This document shows, in pieces, positions 12,201 through 21,808 of a stretch of 64,000 nucleotides of DNA. The notes below the pieces were generated by a model. The model was not told the origin of the DNA and did not search any database. It worked only from the letters and a program-made list of their open reading frames with translations. Source of the stretch: Escherichia coli phage Shin27; sequence record LC788709.1; one strand, written 5' to 3'. The position numbers and the translations under genes are program-made. Positions within the stretch are counted from its first letter, which is position 1, and the number at the start of each line of letters is the position of its first letter.

Positions 12201-13002
12201 TAAGTTGTTCAGCATCAAATCCATATGCAGAAGCAGAGGATGCCTGTCTCATTGCTTCTTCGAAGGAGATTGCATAACCAGCAGCCTCTTGTAGAGATCT
12301 AGCTAGAGTTTGTACAGGAGTACCTGTTTGAGTACCAACAATAGTACCAAACTTCTCAAGACGGTTTAACTGATCCCCCATCTTAAGTTGTTCGAAGGCA
12401 GATTGTAGAACGAACACGTTAGATGCGATAGCAGCATACATAAGAGGCAAACTACCGCCCACTTTAGCCATAGCTGCGAAATCACGAGTAGCACCACGTG
12501 CTGAACCAGAAGTATTACCAATTGCACGACTAGCACGTCCTGCGGAGGTAGTTGTATCGTTAAAGCCTCTAGCAGTATTGCCTAGTGCTCGGTTAGTATC
12601 ATATAATCTATCTTGAACTTTTTCGGTTGCAGCAGCTACATCGTTACCCATAGCCTTAACAGATTTACCCACATGTGTAAATCCAGACTCTAGCTTCTCA
12701 GATACTTCGATCATAGCAAGGGCAAGATCATCTAGCTTATCACCAATACCTTCAATGGATTTAGTGATACCAGCCATACCTCTACTAGCCTGCATTTTAG
12801 TTAGACTTTTAGCTGCTCTATCCGCCGCCCTCTCAATGGAGTAAAGAGTTTTGGGCATTTTTCCTAACTGCTCATTAGTCAGTTCGGAAGCGGCAGCAGC
12901 ATTTTCTAACGCATCGGAAACGTTCTCAATAGATTTTGCAGTACTGGTTGCCCCTTTCTGCTTTACATCTATAAGTAGTTCTCGTATTAGCTTATCAGTC
13001 AT
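9295..13002 (-). CDS. tail tape measure protein (T5 pb2-like)
   Basis: 1235-aa ORF, long Ala/Gln/Glu-rich coiled-coil, hydrophobic segment near C-terminus; position after chaperone genes. Confidence 0.8.
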   Translation of the reverse strand: MTDKLIRELLIDVKQKGATSTAKSIENVSDALENAAAASELTNEQLGKMPKTLYSIERAADRAAKSLTKMQASRGMAGITKSIEGIGDKLDDLALAMIEVSEKLESGFTHVGKSVKAMGNDVAAATEKVQDRLYDTNRALGNTARGFNDTTTSAGRASRAIGNTSGSARGATRDFAAMAKVGGSLPLMYAAIASNVFVLQSAFEQLKMGDQLNRLEKFGTIVGTQTGTPVQTLARSLQEAAGYAISFEEAMRQASSASAYGFDAEQLNKFGLVARRAAAVLGVDMTDALNRVIKGVSKQEIELLDELGVTIRLNDAYADYVKQLNAANTGITYNVNSLSTFQKQQAYANAVIAESTKRFGYLDDVLRATPWEQFAANADAALRKVQQAAAKYLGPVIDSINAVFYTSQASISASAARAQEETNRQIDPTNVGAVALSLSASEEGYNKALDMYKESLEKRNKLKADLDKRMQQADASTAGAIRLVAQGAPVGLAAGGFEVGGVRIGSSEENQKFIADTAALALQVERLDKEVEDSTGNLNAWKSAYQAAGAAAAKANPEFQKQINLQKDANDPDAVYDFNSATLKGLTEQQKAYDQAKKTASDLANDIQNIAQNTNTAAKTSASLSDTIKTIESLSAGTGKNADEYVKSLNLGYNTLSEMKTASQALAGYVKLTGNETKNQLEVQQKIAEVYSQTKDKEKAQEAGRRLEIQQLEEQEAALKRVLETNKGNKAIEGEIAKIQLERIKITNQGMEAQKKVKDYTDKILGVDREIALLNNRTMTDTQYRLAQLNLELTIEKEKYVWYSKQIDKQKEAEQSRRAQAQIEREIWKFRQDQQREMASGRERALNISQTSRNVTGESQRLTEQQALYQSLLEITKGNAQAQEEYKRKIQETSAALAQLKMQRDAQMQQQVTSSVGGVYTPTTGLEGDDKANMDMQNRMASYDQAISKLSELNSEATAVAQSMGNLTNAMIQFSQGSLDTTSLVAAGMQTVSSMIQYSVGQQVSAIDAAIAAEQKRDGKSEQSKAKIKKLEAEKLKIQQDAAKKQIIIQTAVAVMQAATAVPYPFSIPLMVAAGLAGAMALAQASSASGMSSIGDSGAETAGYLTLGERQKNVDVSMSANAGELSYIRGDQGIGNANSFVPRAEGGNMYPGVSYQMGEHGTEVITPMVPMKATPTDELKGSSKGTSGRPIVLNISTMDAASFRDFASSNSAAFRDAVEQALNENGTTLKSLGNS

Positions 13003-13011
13003 TTATTTTTC

Positions 13012-13046
13012 CCAATAAAAAAGGCTCTGGGCAAATCACCCAGAGC
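13012..13046 (-). terminator. rho-independent terminator
   Basis: hairpin GGCTCTGGG-CAAATCA-CCCAGAGCC followed by U6 on minus strand. Confidence 0.6.
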
Positions 13047-13082
13047 CAAGCCTCATCGTGGAACGCCCATTGGAGGAAACTT

Positions 13083-13451
13083 TTACTGAGCTCGAGATCT
13101 AGCATGCGGTTTAATGTTCGGAGTACGACCATTAGGTTTACTATGCTTCTCGGCTCTCTTACGAGCTGCATCTACAGCTTTCGAATCAAATATATTGATG
13201 ATGTGTAGAACAAACTCTTTCTCTATAGGATCAGTAATCCCATAGATATCAAATAAAACACCTAGTGCACTTTTGTCTTTTCCTATAAAGATAGGAAAGT
13301 CACCTGGTATGAAACAGTCAATAAGACTGTTATAAATATTCATACTAGTAGATACAATAGGTGGAAAATCTTCGAGTTCAACAGGCATTGCCTTAGGATC
13401 AGGTTCAATACCTAGTGACTCACAAAGCATTAAATATTGTTGTTTTGTCAT
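13083..13451 (-). CDS. tail assembly chaperone (putative)
   Basis: 122-aa ORF directly upstream of tape measure gene. Confidence 0.35.
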   Translation of the reverse strand: MTKQQYLMLCESLGIEPDPKAMPVELEDFPPIVSTSMNIYNSLIDCFIPGDFPIFIGKDKSALGVLFDIYGITDPIEKEFVLHIINIFDSKAVDAARKRAEKHSKPNGRTPNIKPHARSRAQ

Positions 13452-13512
13452 TTTAGATGCTGAGGATTTAATGCATTTATCTGCAAAATCGGCAACAGCA
13501 TCTAGTAACTGC

Positions 13513-13917
13513 TTACGCTTTTGAGCTACGAAAAGTGTCTAAGTGGAACACTGTCTGGTTGATCCAAGAATCAAACGCAGCAGAGTTCTGCATAAGCATG
13601 ATAGCATTATCGCGGCTAAATGGAACTTCAGTAGTAGGATCAGCTTCAGTTTCGATAAGCATCAGCTTCTCAACATCTCCAATCGTCAAGCCAGTCCAGC
13701 CAGCAATTGCAGTATCAACGAAAGCTTCAATAAACTTATCATCATCCTGAACCTGAATCATAGTACCGTTAACCCACTCATCACGCTTAGCGGAAGAGAT
13801 AACACGCTTAGATGCAGCACGAGACATGTAGTTCAGTTGCAGCTTGAAGTTAGGCATACCTGGGTAAGCCAGCTCAATAGTACGAGTTTCAAGGGTAATA
13901 TCTTTTAAATTGATCAT
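13513..13917 (-). CDS. tail assembly chaperone (putative)
   Basis: 134-aa ORF between tail-tube-proximal genes and tape measure. Confidence 0.35.
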   Translation of the reverse strand: MINLKDITLETRTIELAYPGMPNFKLQLNYMSRAASKRVISSAKRDEWVNGTMIQVQDDDKFIEAFVDTAIAGWTGLTIGDVEKLMLIETEADPTTEVPFSRDNAIMLMQNSAAFDSWINQTVFHLDTFRSSKA

Positions 13918-14813
13918 TTCTTTATTTCTCCAAAGAAGTCGATTCTTACCGGATCAGAGTCTGCAGTAGGGATTACATCCCATTCAACTCTGTATATATC
14001 CGAGAATTGTAGGCGTTTTGTTATACGTGCTGAAGGAAAATCAATCGAAATATGTTCATTTCGGATGGTTAATGGTATGTCAGTTTCGGGTTCAATATTA
14101 TAAAACATATCACCAGCAAATCGCTTGGTGTAGTAAAATGCAATTGTTGCCGAAGCATTCATTTCATTAACATAAGCTCTCTTATTATTATATATTTTGT
14201 TTATGTCAAATACGCTTTTATCTTCTCTCCAAGAACATTGTTGCTGGAATGACATAGAAGCGGATAAAAGAGCTGGTAAAACATTACTGTTGGTAGATAC
14301 TCTAGGAGGACTATATGACATAACTTTACCCTGAACAATAGAACCAGCAGGAGTAAAAGTAGACACCTCAGAGAACTTACCAGATTCAATTCCTACGTTT
14401 AGGATAGGAACGCTTTTATCTAGAGAAAAGTCTACAGTAGATACATAGCAATTCTCAAAGTATACACAGTTATTATCTTTATTAACTATGTATATATTAA
14501 ACATTGTTGGCTCAATATTTGTACTATAAAGTGGTAGTAAGAATGTGTTACCCTCTCGGTCAAAGCCCATCCATTCAAAGAAGTTAGCTTCAGTAAGGGT
14601 ATTACTAAAATTTATAGCCAGTGATATTGAAGATGGAGTTTGTGCATTAATAATAGAGTCAGCATAGTTGGTTCTACGATGGATAGTCCTACGAAGAGTT
14701 TTAAATTCCTCATAGGACGTATTGATATCGTAATTTGACAGGGCATCAAAATGATAAGCCCTGCCATCATACTCAACTATAACTTTTGACTCCCTCATTA
14801 GAGAGTAGTACAT
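13914..14813 (-). CDS. tail tip ring protein (T5 p140-like)
   Basis: 299-aa ORF downstream of tail tube gene; size matches T5 p140 as recalled. Confidence 0.4.
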   Translation of the reverse strand: MYYSLMRESKVIVEYDGRAYHFDALSNYDINTSYEEFKTLRRTIHRRTNYADSIINAQTPSSISLAINFSNTLTEANFFEWMGFDREGNTFLLPLYSTNIEPTMFNIYIVNKDNNCVYFENCYVSTVDFSLDKSVPILNVGIESGKFSEVSTFTPAGSIVQGKVMSYSPPRVSTNSNVLPALLSASMSFQQQCSWREDKSVFDINKIYNNKRAYVNEMNASATIAFYYTKRFAGDMFYNIEPETDIPLTIRNEHISIDFPSARITKRLQFSDIYRVEWDVIPTADSDPVRIDFFGEIKK

Positions 14814-14817
14814 TTAA

Positions 14818-16227
14818 TTAGCCACCAGAAGCAGTAACTGTAATGCTCTTAGTACCTTCTACACCAGAACCATCTTTAGCTACAGCTTTCACAGTAACTG
14901 CACCAGTCTTAGAAGCATCAGCGGTCAGTAAACCAGAAGTTGCATCAATAGTAGCAGCAGTACCAGAGGAAATAGACCAAGTTACTTCCTTATTAGTAGC
15001 TTCAGCAGGTAAAACGTCTACAGTCATCTGAAGAGTTGCGCTATTCTCAACGGAAGTTGTATCGCCCGCAGATTTAACAGTAATACCTGTTACCTTAACC
15101 GGAGCTGCTTTACCACCGTCACCAGTTGCAATCAGATTTGCAATAGTAGTTTTGGTGTACTTATTAGAGAAACCAAGATAACCTTCATCACCAGTATCCA
15201 GATCAGTAGGAATTGCTTTGAACTCTACAGAAGTACCAAGTACATCGTCAGTCTCAATAGTTGGGATGTTAACGTGAGCTTGCTTAGCAACTAGAACAGC
15301 GGCTGGGCGCTCATCATCATATTCACCGCCAAGTACTAGAGCGATTTCGAAACGGTTAACTACCTTCAGGGTCTTAATCAGATCTTTATACAGATCCATA
15401 GAACCTAGAGCTTTATCGCTAAGATAAGCGGTCAGAGAACCAGTTAATTCGAATGCACCAGTAAATGAACCGATTGGGATGTTAACACGGGACATGACGT
15501 TAGGAGTCAGATAGGTGATGTTGTTGTTAATTGTAAAGCTACCACCAGTGATCGGAATGTCATATGCCTTACCAGTATCCATATCCTTAATTTTGAGGAT
15601 AGTCAGTTTGTTCTTGATGTAAGAACCCTGGATAGTCATGTAAGTTTCATCATCAATACCCACAGTATCAGGATCAAAGGGAGCAGCGTCCAGAGGGATC
15701 AGCTGGTTACCATTACCCGACCAAGTTACACGACCGATATCTTCGATATCAACGTTTACTTCAGCCTGGTTGATCTGACAGGAATCGATGTAGCTCCATG
15801 CTTTATCAGTAAGGATGTAAATATGTAGCATTGCCAGCTCGTGGTATGCGTTATCCTTAAAGTTAACCATGAAGTTAGTTTCGTTAGTGTGAGCACCTGT
15901 ATCACCATCTAGGTTGATAGGCTTACCGCTAGAAAGAGCATGCCACAGCATGTAGTCCGGGACGATCTGCTTACTAGTAGTCTTATCTAAGTAAGGCAGG
16001 ATGTAAGTAGAGAAACTCCACTCAGCTGCGTTCAGGGAGTCGTTGAAACGTTTTGAACCACGAGTTGGACGCGGACCAGCTTCGTTAACAGTAATATCGG
16101 TTGAGTTACTGTCCTGACCCCAAGAAATATCATCTTGAACTAGAATCTCTTGCGTGTTGGTCTTATCGTGACCAGTCTTAACCGTAGACACGAAGATTCG
16201 AGTATTACGTAATAGTTGTAAAGACAT
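14818..16227 (-). CDS. major tail tube protein (T5 pb6-like) with C-terminal Ig-like domain
   Basis: 469-aa ORF; C-terminal T/S/V-rich Ig-like segment; position upstream of chaperones and tape measure. Confidence 0.7.
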   Translation of the reverse strand: MSLQLLRNTRIFVSTVKTGHDKTNTQEILVQDDISWGQDSNSTDITVNEAGPRPTRGSKRFNDSLNAAEWSFSTYILPYLDKTTSKQIVPDYMLWHALSSGKPINLDGDTGAHTNETNFMVNFKDNAYHELAMLHIYILTDKAWSYIDSCQINQAEVNVDIEDIGRVTWSGNGNQLIPLDAAPFDPDTVGIDDETYMTIQGSYIKNKLTILKIKDMDTGKAYDIPITGGSFTINNNITYLTPNVMSRVNIPIGSFTGAFELTGSLTAYLSDKALGSMDLYKDLIKTLKVVNRFEIALVLGGEYDDERPAAVLVAKQAHVNIPTIETDDVLGTSVEFKAIPTDLDTGDEGYLGFSNKYTKTTIANLIATGDGGKAAPVKVTGITVKSAGDTTSVENSATLQMTVDVLPAEATNKEVTWSISSGTAATIDATSGLLTADASKTGAVTVKAVAKDGSGVEGTKSITVTASGG

Positions 16228-16253
16228 TTATTTATATTCTCCTAATCTGTAAC

Positions 16254-16739
16254 TTATCTGCGAAGTGCCCTACGAGGTGGCTGATACCTCACTGTTACAT
16301 TTATTTCCGCTAAACCATATGGGGCCAGTAGACCCTCATCTGTAGCTACTGAGGTGATGCTCATATCAGTTGCCTCACATGGGAAGGTCGATCCATTAGG
16401 TTTACTAACAGTATATTCTAAATTTCCACCTGTGTCAATGACGGTTTTTATGTCAGCTACGAGTTTTTCAAGTTGCTCTTGAATATCTGTTTTCTCTTTA
16501 TCATACACGAGGATTGGAAGTTCTAAAAACACCCACTGTTGGCCTGAAGGAAGATACTGCCCAGTTTCAGTTCCGATATGGACTGCCACATAAGGAAATT
16601 CTCGGATTTCCTCGAATTTATAAGTTTGACGAGAAACGTTTCCATAAAGGTTATTGAAATACTCGTCAGGTTGTGAACCATCCATTTGTGTGGCGATTCG
16701 GTCAACCACTGCTTGTGCAATACTTGTTCTGTGATCCAT
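16254..16739 (-). CDS. tail terminator / completion protein (putative)
   Basis: 161-aa ORF between capsid and tail tube genes. Confidence 0.4.
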   Translation of the reverse strand: MDHRTSIAQAVVDRIATQMDGSQPDEYFNNLYGNVSRQTYKFEEIREFPYVAVHIGTETGQYLPSGQQWVFLELPILVYDKEKTDIQEQLEKLVADIKTVIDTGGNLEYTVSKPNGSTFPCEATDMSITSVATDEGLLAPYGLAEINVTVRYQPPRRALRR

Positions 16740-16742
16740 TTA

Positions 16743-17510
16743 TTAGGTTCCTTGATTAACCTTGATTTTATATCTAGAGTGAATCAGGTCTCTTGCAGCT
16801 TTTGCGATTGCTTCCCCAATAAGTTTTTGAGGGTTTCGAGCGCCAGGGTAAGGTCGTAGAGAAAGTCTTCGATATGTAGAAACTGCGGGGTTGAACACAG
16901 AGTAAGGACGAACCATATAGTTATACGTCACATTCAGCTCTGGAGCACCTTTACTAGTTTCTGCATCACGTAGCATAACGTCTTTAATCTTTAAGGAGTT
17001 AGCAAAGCGACCAGTTCTGAACTTCAATGGTGCCCCTGCTTTTTTCATATCCTTGATTAAATATTCCTTAGCAACTATCTCAAGAATAGCACGCATGTTA
17101 CTGTTCGATACGAAACGACCGGAAGCACCTGTTACTGCACCAGAATAGCCATCTTCAGTATCTCTAGGATCTCCAAAGTTTACCTGAACTCTACCGGTAG
17201 AACGTTTTTTACCAACAGCAGAACGTTTACCTGCTGTTGCTTGAATTAAATTCTCTAGAGCGCCTAAATCACCAGAAAGATCTAAATTAGAAGAAACAGC
17301 CTTCAGTATAGATGCTGTCCTAACATTTAATAAGTCTTGAGATACTGGTTTTGAGAATTTGAAAGATACCTGTGCAACTGTACCATCTCTTGTAGGATCT
17401 TTCAAACCTGTCTCAACTGTATACACAACAGTATTCTTATTATTCTCAGATCGTCCTGCAGTATCTAGCTGCTCTTTAATAATTTGTCTAGCTAGATCAG
17501 AAAGAGCCAT
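16743..17510 (-). CDS. head-tail joining / tail completion protein (putative)
   Basis: 255-aa ORF in connector region. Confidence 0.4.
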   Translation of the reverse strand: MALSDLARQIIKEQLDTAGRSENNKNTVVYTVETGLKDPTRDGTVAQVSFKFSKPVSQDLLNVRTASILKAVSSNLDLSGDLGALENLIQATAGKRSAVGKKRSTGRVQVNFGDPRDTEDGYSGAVTGASGRFVSNSNMRAILEIVAKEYLIKDMKKAGAPLKFRTGRFANSLKIKDVMLRDAETSKGAPELNVTYNYMVRPYSVFNPAVSTYRRLSLRPYPGARNPQKLIGEAIAKAARDLIHSRYKIKVNQGT

Positions 17511-18022
17511 TATACTCTCCTGTAGACTTCGATGATTGTACGAATATGCTCTGGAATACCAGACTTAGTATTGTTAAACGTAACTGTCTCACCACCAATA
17601 GTCTTGGCTTGACGATAATCTTGCTTATGCCAGTGGTCTACTAACAGACATGCTGCCAGTTTAAGATCTTCAGGCATTGGATTGAAACCACCTTGAGTAT
17701 ACTCTACATCCATATACCCTTCAGGAGGATTAAACTTAAGAAGAATAACACCATCAGGATACAGTTTAAACTGTTCCGGGTCTATTTCATTCTCGTTAAT
17801 AGTCATCTTTGTAATAGATGTGGCTGAAGGAGAACTCAGGAAATATTTCCTACGGCTAGGTTTTGTGGTAATTAATTGATCTACCGCATCTGCATCATCC
17901 ATACCTAGAAGGCTTGTAATCAGCGTATTGGCAGCTTTAATCATCATCTCAACCTGAGTTTCCATATCAGGACGTTTTAAATTCCCATATAGTTTATAAT
18001 CTTCAACAGTGATGATTTGCAT
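17510..18022 (-). CDS. head completion protein (putative)
   Basis: 170-aa ORF immediately downstream of major capsid gene. Confidence 0.4.
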   Translation of the reverse strand: MQIITVEDYKLYGNLKRPDMETQVEMMIKAANTLITSLLGMDDADAVDQLITTKPSRRKYFLSSPSATSITKMTINENEIDPEQFKLYPDGVILLKFNPPEGYMDVEYTQGGFNPMPEDLKLAACLLVDHWHKQDYRQAKTIGGETVTFNNTKSGIPEHIRTIIEVYRRV

Positions 18023-18031
18023 TTATTTTTC

Positions 18032-18060
18032 CCAATAAAAAAGGAGAGCCGAAGCTCTCC
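18032..18060 (-). terminator. rho-independent terminator after major capsid gene
   Basis: hairpin GGAGAGC-CGAA-GCTCTCC followed by U6 on minus strand. Confidence 0.6.
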
Positions 18061-18081
18061 TTATCGGCTGAAAAGCCTGTA

Positions 18082-19458
18082 TTAAGATGCAGCGTAAGCA
18101 CCAGATACAACGCCGTTTTCGAAGTAACGTTGCAGGTTAACACGCTGGGTAACGTAGTATGCATCACGCTGTTTGCCAGCTTGGCGCTCACGTTCAACAG
18201 TAACGGCACGCTGACGCGGCATTACGAAGTTATCTTTATAAACAATAACTGCGAATTCAGCGGAAGCAGCTTTAGCTGGGAAGTACTCAGAAACTACAAC
18301 CGGCAGACCGTAAATACGACCAACCTGACCCTGCAGTTTAACAGCATCGTTACCAACCTGGGCAACATCCTGCCATTCTTCATCTTCCAGCAGATCGTAG
18401 TAAGCATCCATAGATACGATCAGTACCAGTTTGCTTAGTTTCAGACCGTGACGGCCCAGTTTACGACGCAGCTTGGAGATAGTCTTAGCAGTTACCAGAA
18501 CAGAACCGTCAGCTTTAGCTTCGGTAACAACCTTAGCACCATCATCAGCAGCCAGTTTCAGCAGACCCTTAGGCTGACCAGTACCATTACCGGACATGAA
18601 AGCTTCTTCGATAGAAACAGCGTGTGCTTCGATCAGACGCTTACGCAGCAGAGGCAGCAGGGAGAAGATTGCATCTTCTTCAGTTTCATCAGTGATGAAG
18701 GATTTAGCAGCCAGCTTGTAAGTTTTGAAGCTGATTTCAGTCAGTTGACCTTTAACTTCGTCACCAACAGTTTCGTCAGTACCGAATTTGGAAGCATCTA
18801 CCCAAGTAGCACGACCAGCTTCTGGTTCAACGAGCATAGTAAGGATTTTGCTGGACATTGGCAGTTCATCGAACAGTGCACCAACTACCAGTTCCTTCTG
18901 CAGGTCACGGATAATACGGGTAGAGAAGATAGTTTCGTATGCTTCGCTAGACATGGAAACGGAAGAAGAACCGTTAACAGCTTTAACGTGAGCCTTACCA
19001 TGTTCAGTTTCGAATACGTCTTTCTCCATCATATAAGACAGAAGAACCAGTTTCTCAACTTCATCTTCGAAAGCATCCTGAGTGCCATAAAGAGCTTTAG
19101 CTACGCTATCACCAACGAAGGAACGACCTTCACGAGCTGCCAACAGAGACTTGATTTCGTCCTGAAGACCAACGATGGTTTCCTGTTGCTTTTCTACAGT
19201 CTGTGCAAACAGTTCTGCGCTCTTCTTAGACTTCTCATCCAGGTTCTTAACCAGATCCAGAGCTTCTTCCAGACGCTTACGGTCTTCACCAACAGCTTTA
19301 GATACTAGGTCGTTCATACGAGCCAGTTCTTTTTCTTCCTGCTCTTCACGCAGACGCTTAGCTTCCGCAGCTTTCTGAGCAGCAGTCAGACCTTCCAGAG
19401 ATTTAGCCAGATCACCCAGACCAAGTTCTTCCTTCAGCTTATTAATATCAATAGTCAT
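18082..19458 (-). CDS. major capsid protein precursor (T5 pb8-like, HK97 fold expected)
   Basis: 458-aa ORF following prohead protease; N-terminal coiled-coil scaffolding-like delta domain; size matches T5 pb8. Confidence 0.8.
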   Translation of the reverse strand: MTIDINKLKEELGLGDLAKSLEGLTAAQKAAEAKRLREEQEEKELARMNDLVSKAVGEDRKRLEEALDLVKNLDEKSKKSAELFAQTVEKQQETIVGLQDEIKSLLAAREGRSFVGDSVAKALYGTQDAFEDEVEKLVLLSYMMEKDVFETEHGKAHVKAVNGSSSVSMSSEAYETIFSTRIIRDLQKELVVGALFDELPMSSKILTMLVEPEAGRATWVDASKFGTDETVGDEVKGQLTEISFKTYKLAAKSFITDETEEDAIFSLLPLLRKRLIEAHAVSIEEAFMSGNGTGQPKGLLKLAADDGAKVVTEAKADGSVLVTAKTISKLRRKLGRHGLKLSKLVLIVSMDAYYDLLEDEEWQDVAQVGNDAVKLQGQVGRIYGLPVVVSEYFPAKAASAEFAVIVYKDNFVMPRQRAVTVERERQAGKQRDAYYVTQRVNLQRYFENGVVSGAYAAS

Positions 19459-19475
19459 TTTTAAATAATTCTCCG

Positions 19476-20108
19476 TTATTCTTTAACGTAGCCTAAAGCT
19501 ATCGCAAGTTTTTCTAGTTCAGAAAGATTACGTTCTTGAGCTGGGACAGCCTTAGAACTTGTTGCAGTAAAAGATTTGCGCCATTCAGTGTAATCGTGGC
19601 CATTCATACTCTTAGCGAGGTTGAACGTTGAGTCCTGATTACAAGGTACAGAAACTACCGAAACTTCGTATAGTTCTAAATCTTTAATAATAAATATGTC
19701 AGTAGCTTCATCCCATTCTGCGTCTAGGCAGCGGAATCCGATACTGAAGGTTTTCAGTACACCGTTTTTAATTAGTGAGAAGATAGCTGGATCAGAACTT
19801 TCATAAATCTCGCATTCAATTTCGAGACCCATTTCAGTAGGGTTAAGATCAATACACTTGCCGATTGGACGACGATGGTCGTGGCCGAAAAGAATAATCG
19901 GGTTTTTCATGTAGTTAGCAAGTGCATTAGACGTTTTCCATGCCGAAGCAGGAATTACGTCACCAGCGCGATCTTTACTAATTGTATTAGCGAATCCACG
20001 GATTTTTACAACACCCTCTTTGGATTCGCTATCAATAGACTTAATGTAAGCGTCTAAATGAACCGGTGCTGATTTTAACTTGTTATAGTCAATAGCAGCA
20101 TTTGTCAT
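19476..20108 (-). CDS. prohead protease (T5 pb11-like)
   Basis: 210-aa ORF between decoration and capsid genes; conserved His/Ser-containing protease-like core. Confidence 0.65.
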   Translation of the reverse strand: MTNAAIDYNKLKSAPVHLDAYIKSIDSESKEGVVKIRGFANTISKDRAGDVIPASAWKTSNALANYMKNPIILFGHDHRRPIGKCIDLNPTEMGLEIECEIYESSDPAIFSLIKNGVLKTFSIGFRCLDAEWDEATDIFIIKDLELYEVSVVSVPCNQDSTFNLAKSMNGHDYTEWRKSFTATSSKAVPAQERNLSELEKLAIALGYVKE

Positions 20109-20111
20109 TTA

Positions 20112-20594
20112 TTAAGCCTCCGGCGCAGGGTTGATAGTTGTTACACACTCATTAGAAGTAATGGAAGTAGATTTACTATCCGTTACAACAACTTTGTAAG
20201 TACCAGCATCTTCTGCAACAGCTGTAGCTTTGTTGAAATTAGGGCCAGTAACACCACTAAGTGGAGAACCGTCTTTAGTCCAAGCATAAGTATATGGTGC
20301 AGTACCACCAGTAACTGTTACGCCCAGATTAATTGCTGCACCAGTATCAACAGCTAGAGTTTTAGCCAAATTCTTCGTGAAAGCTAGAGCCGGAACAACC
20401 GGAGCAGTAACTTCGTATGCTTCTTTGAACTTATTCCAAACCTTGCGGTTGGTATGTGCAGTGGTCATTCCAAACTCTTTACGTAGAGTAGCGTAGTTTG
20501 GAACGAACTTGTGTGCTGCAACCGTAGCAAAGAAGATATGAGATTCTGGCAGCTTTTCACCAAAAATGGCCTTTAGACCATCATAATCAATCAT
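20112..20594 (-). CDS. capsid decoration protein with Ig-like domain (T5 pb10-like)
   Basis: 160-aa ORF downstream of portal; C-terminal Ig-like T/V/G-rich segment. Confidence 0.55.
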   Translation of the reverse strand: MIDYDGLKAIFGEKLPESHIFFATVAAHKFVPNYATLRKEFGMTTAHTNRKVWNKFKEAYEVTAPVVPALAFTKNLAKTLAVDTGAAINLGVTVTGGTAPYTYAWTKDGSPLSGVTGPNFNKATAVAEDAGTYKVVVTDSKSTSITSNECVTTINPAPEA

Positions 20595-21808
20595 TCTTTA
20601 TCCCCATCGGCAGTGCCTTGCGGTCTACCACCTTCTTGACCAGATACACCTGTTGCAGAACCAGCAACGTTAGCAGGAATACGAATCTTATTCATCTGCT
20701 CATCATCTAAAGGTTCAAGGTTAAGCTCTTCACGAGCCTCGTTACCAGTCATGATACCGTTATTAACCAAAGAGGTTAAATGTTTAGCCTCAGCTTCTTT
20801 ATCTGGCGTCAGTGCAGCTACTTCCTTAGTATTAGGAGTAACCTTGTAGCCAAAGAAGAAAGTAAGAGAACTAGTCAGCTTGTTCAGCATAGGAATGACA
20901 GTCATGTAATAGAACAATTCGATGTTTGGTCGAATGTTAGCATTATTACCACCATCAAGTAACACTTGCGGAACACCAAAGGCAAGACAGATGGATTTAT
21001 TAAATCCTTCGATATCTTCCTTGAAGTCTAGATCTTTAAAAGAGGATATTTGGGAGTACGGTTTTGCTTTCATACCACCATCTAGAATCAGGACAGTAGA
21101 CTGACCAGTACTAGGATTATAATCGAGTTGTAATTCTTCTTGTTTACGCTCACGCAATTTCTTGTTCAGGATTTCATCCGTCTCAAGAATAAGACCAATC
21201 ACAGTGCCGTTATCGAGGAACTTCTCTTTAAAGTTAAGCATTTTAGAACGCTTCTCAAGAGAGTCAATAACTGTAGCAACACGAGATTGTCCAGAAATTT
21301 GGGAGTTTGTGCCACACACGTAACTGTTATCCTTTATAAAGATAATCTCATCTACGCGATAGTCTATCTGGTTATTAAATATGAATTTTTTGATAAACTT
21401 ATTGGCATCTGCCTCTACTTGCATTAGTGCAGCAGGGACATGGTAAAGTGCTGTGCCATCCCAATAGATGTATGCACAACCCTCAAAAAGTAGGTCAGTG
21501 ACTACAAGTCTACGGAATGTGCTTATATCCATGAATGGATTAGGTCGTACATTTAAGAGAGTGTCTAGAGTCTTTGCCTTGACGCCATTAGCGTACGTGA
21601 CAATATTATATTTATCTCCGACAGTATAAGAACACTCCGCCGCACTATCGATAACCATGTTAGCAGTTCGGTTGAGAATCTCAATCTTACTGTAGGCTTG
21701 TCCAGTGGTAAATGGCTTACGGTTAGTGCGATGACTAACTGGTTCCATGTCTCTTATAATACGTTGACCCGGATTTAGCTTTTCAGTAATCCAGCTTTTT
21801 AAACCCAT
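20591..21808 (-). CDS. portal protein (T5 pb7-like)
   Basis: 405-aa ORF downstream of terminase; size and position typical. Confidence 0.75.
   Translation of the reverse strand: MGLKSWITEKLNPGQRIIRDMEPVSHRTNRKPFTTGQAYSKIEILNRTANMVIDSAAECSYTVGDKYNIVTYANGVKAKTLDTLLNVRPNPFMDISTFRRLVVTDLLFEGCAYIYWDGTALYHVPAALMQVEADANKFIKKFIFNNQIDYRVDEIIFIKDNSYVCGTNSQISGQSRVATVIDSLEKRSKMLNFKEKFLDNGTVIGLILETDEILNKKLRERKQEELQLDYNPSTGQSTVLILDGGMKAKPYSQISSFKDLDFKEDIEGFNKSICLAFGVPQVLLDGGNNANIRPNIELFYYMTVIPMLNKLTSSLTFFFGYKVTPNTKEVAALTPDKEAEAKHLTSLVNNGIMTGNEAREELNLEPLDDEQMNKIRIPANVAGSATGVSGQEGGRPQGTADGDKE

Noticed and set aside
18448-19308. 286-aa plus-strand ORF (and similar plus-strand ORFs at 2168..2548, 13543..13908, 39492..39884, 48922..49245)
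   Set aside because: They lie antisense inside long, well-supported minus-strand genes, have low-complexity or Ser/Cys-rich composition and no RBS; treated as shadow ORFs.
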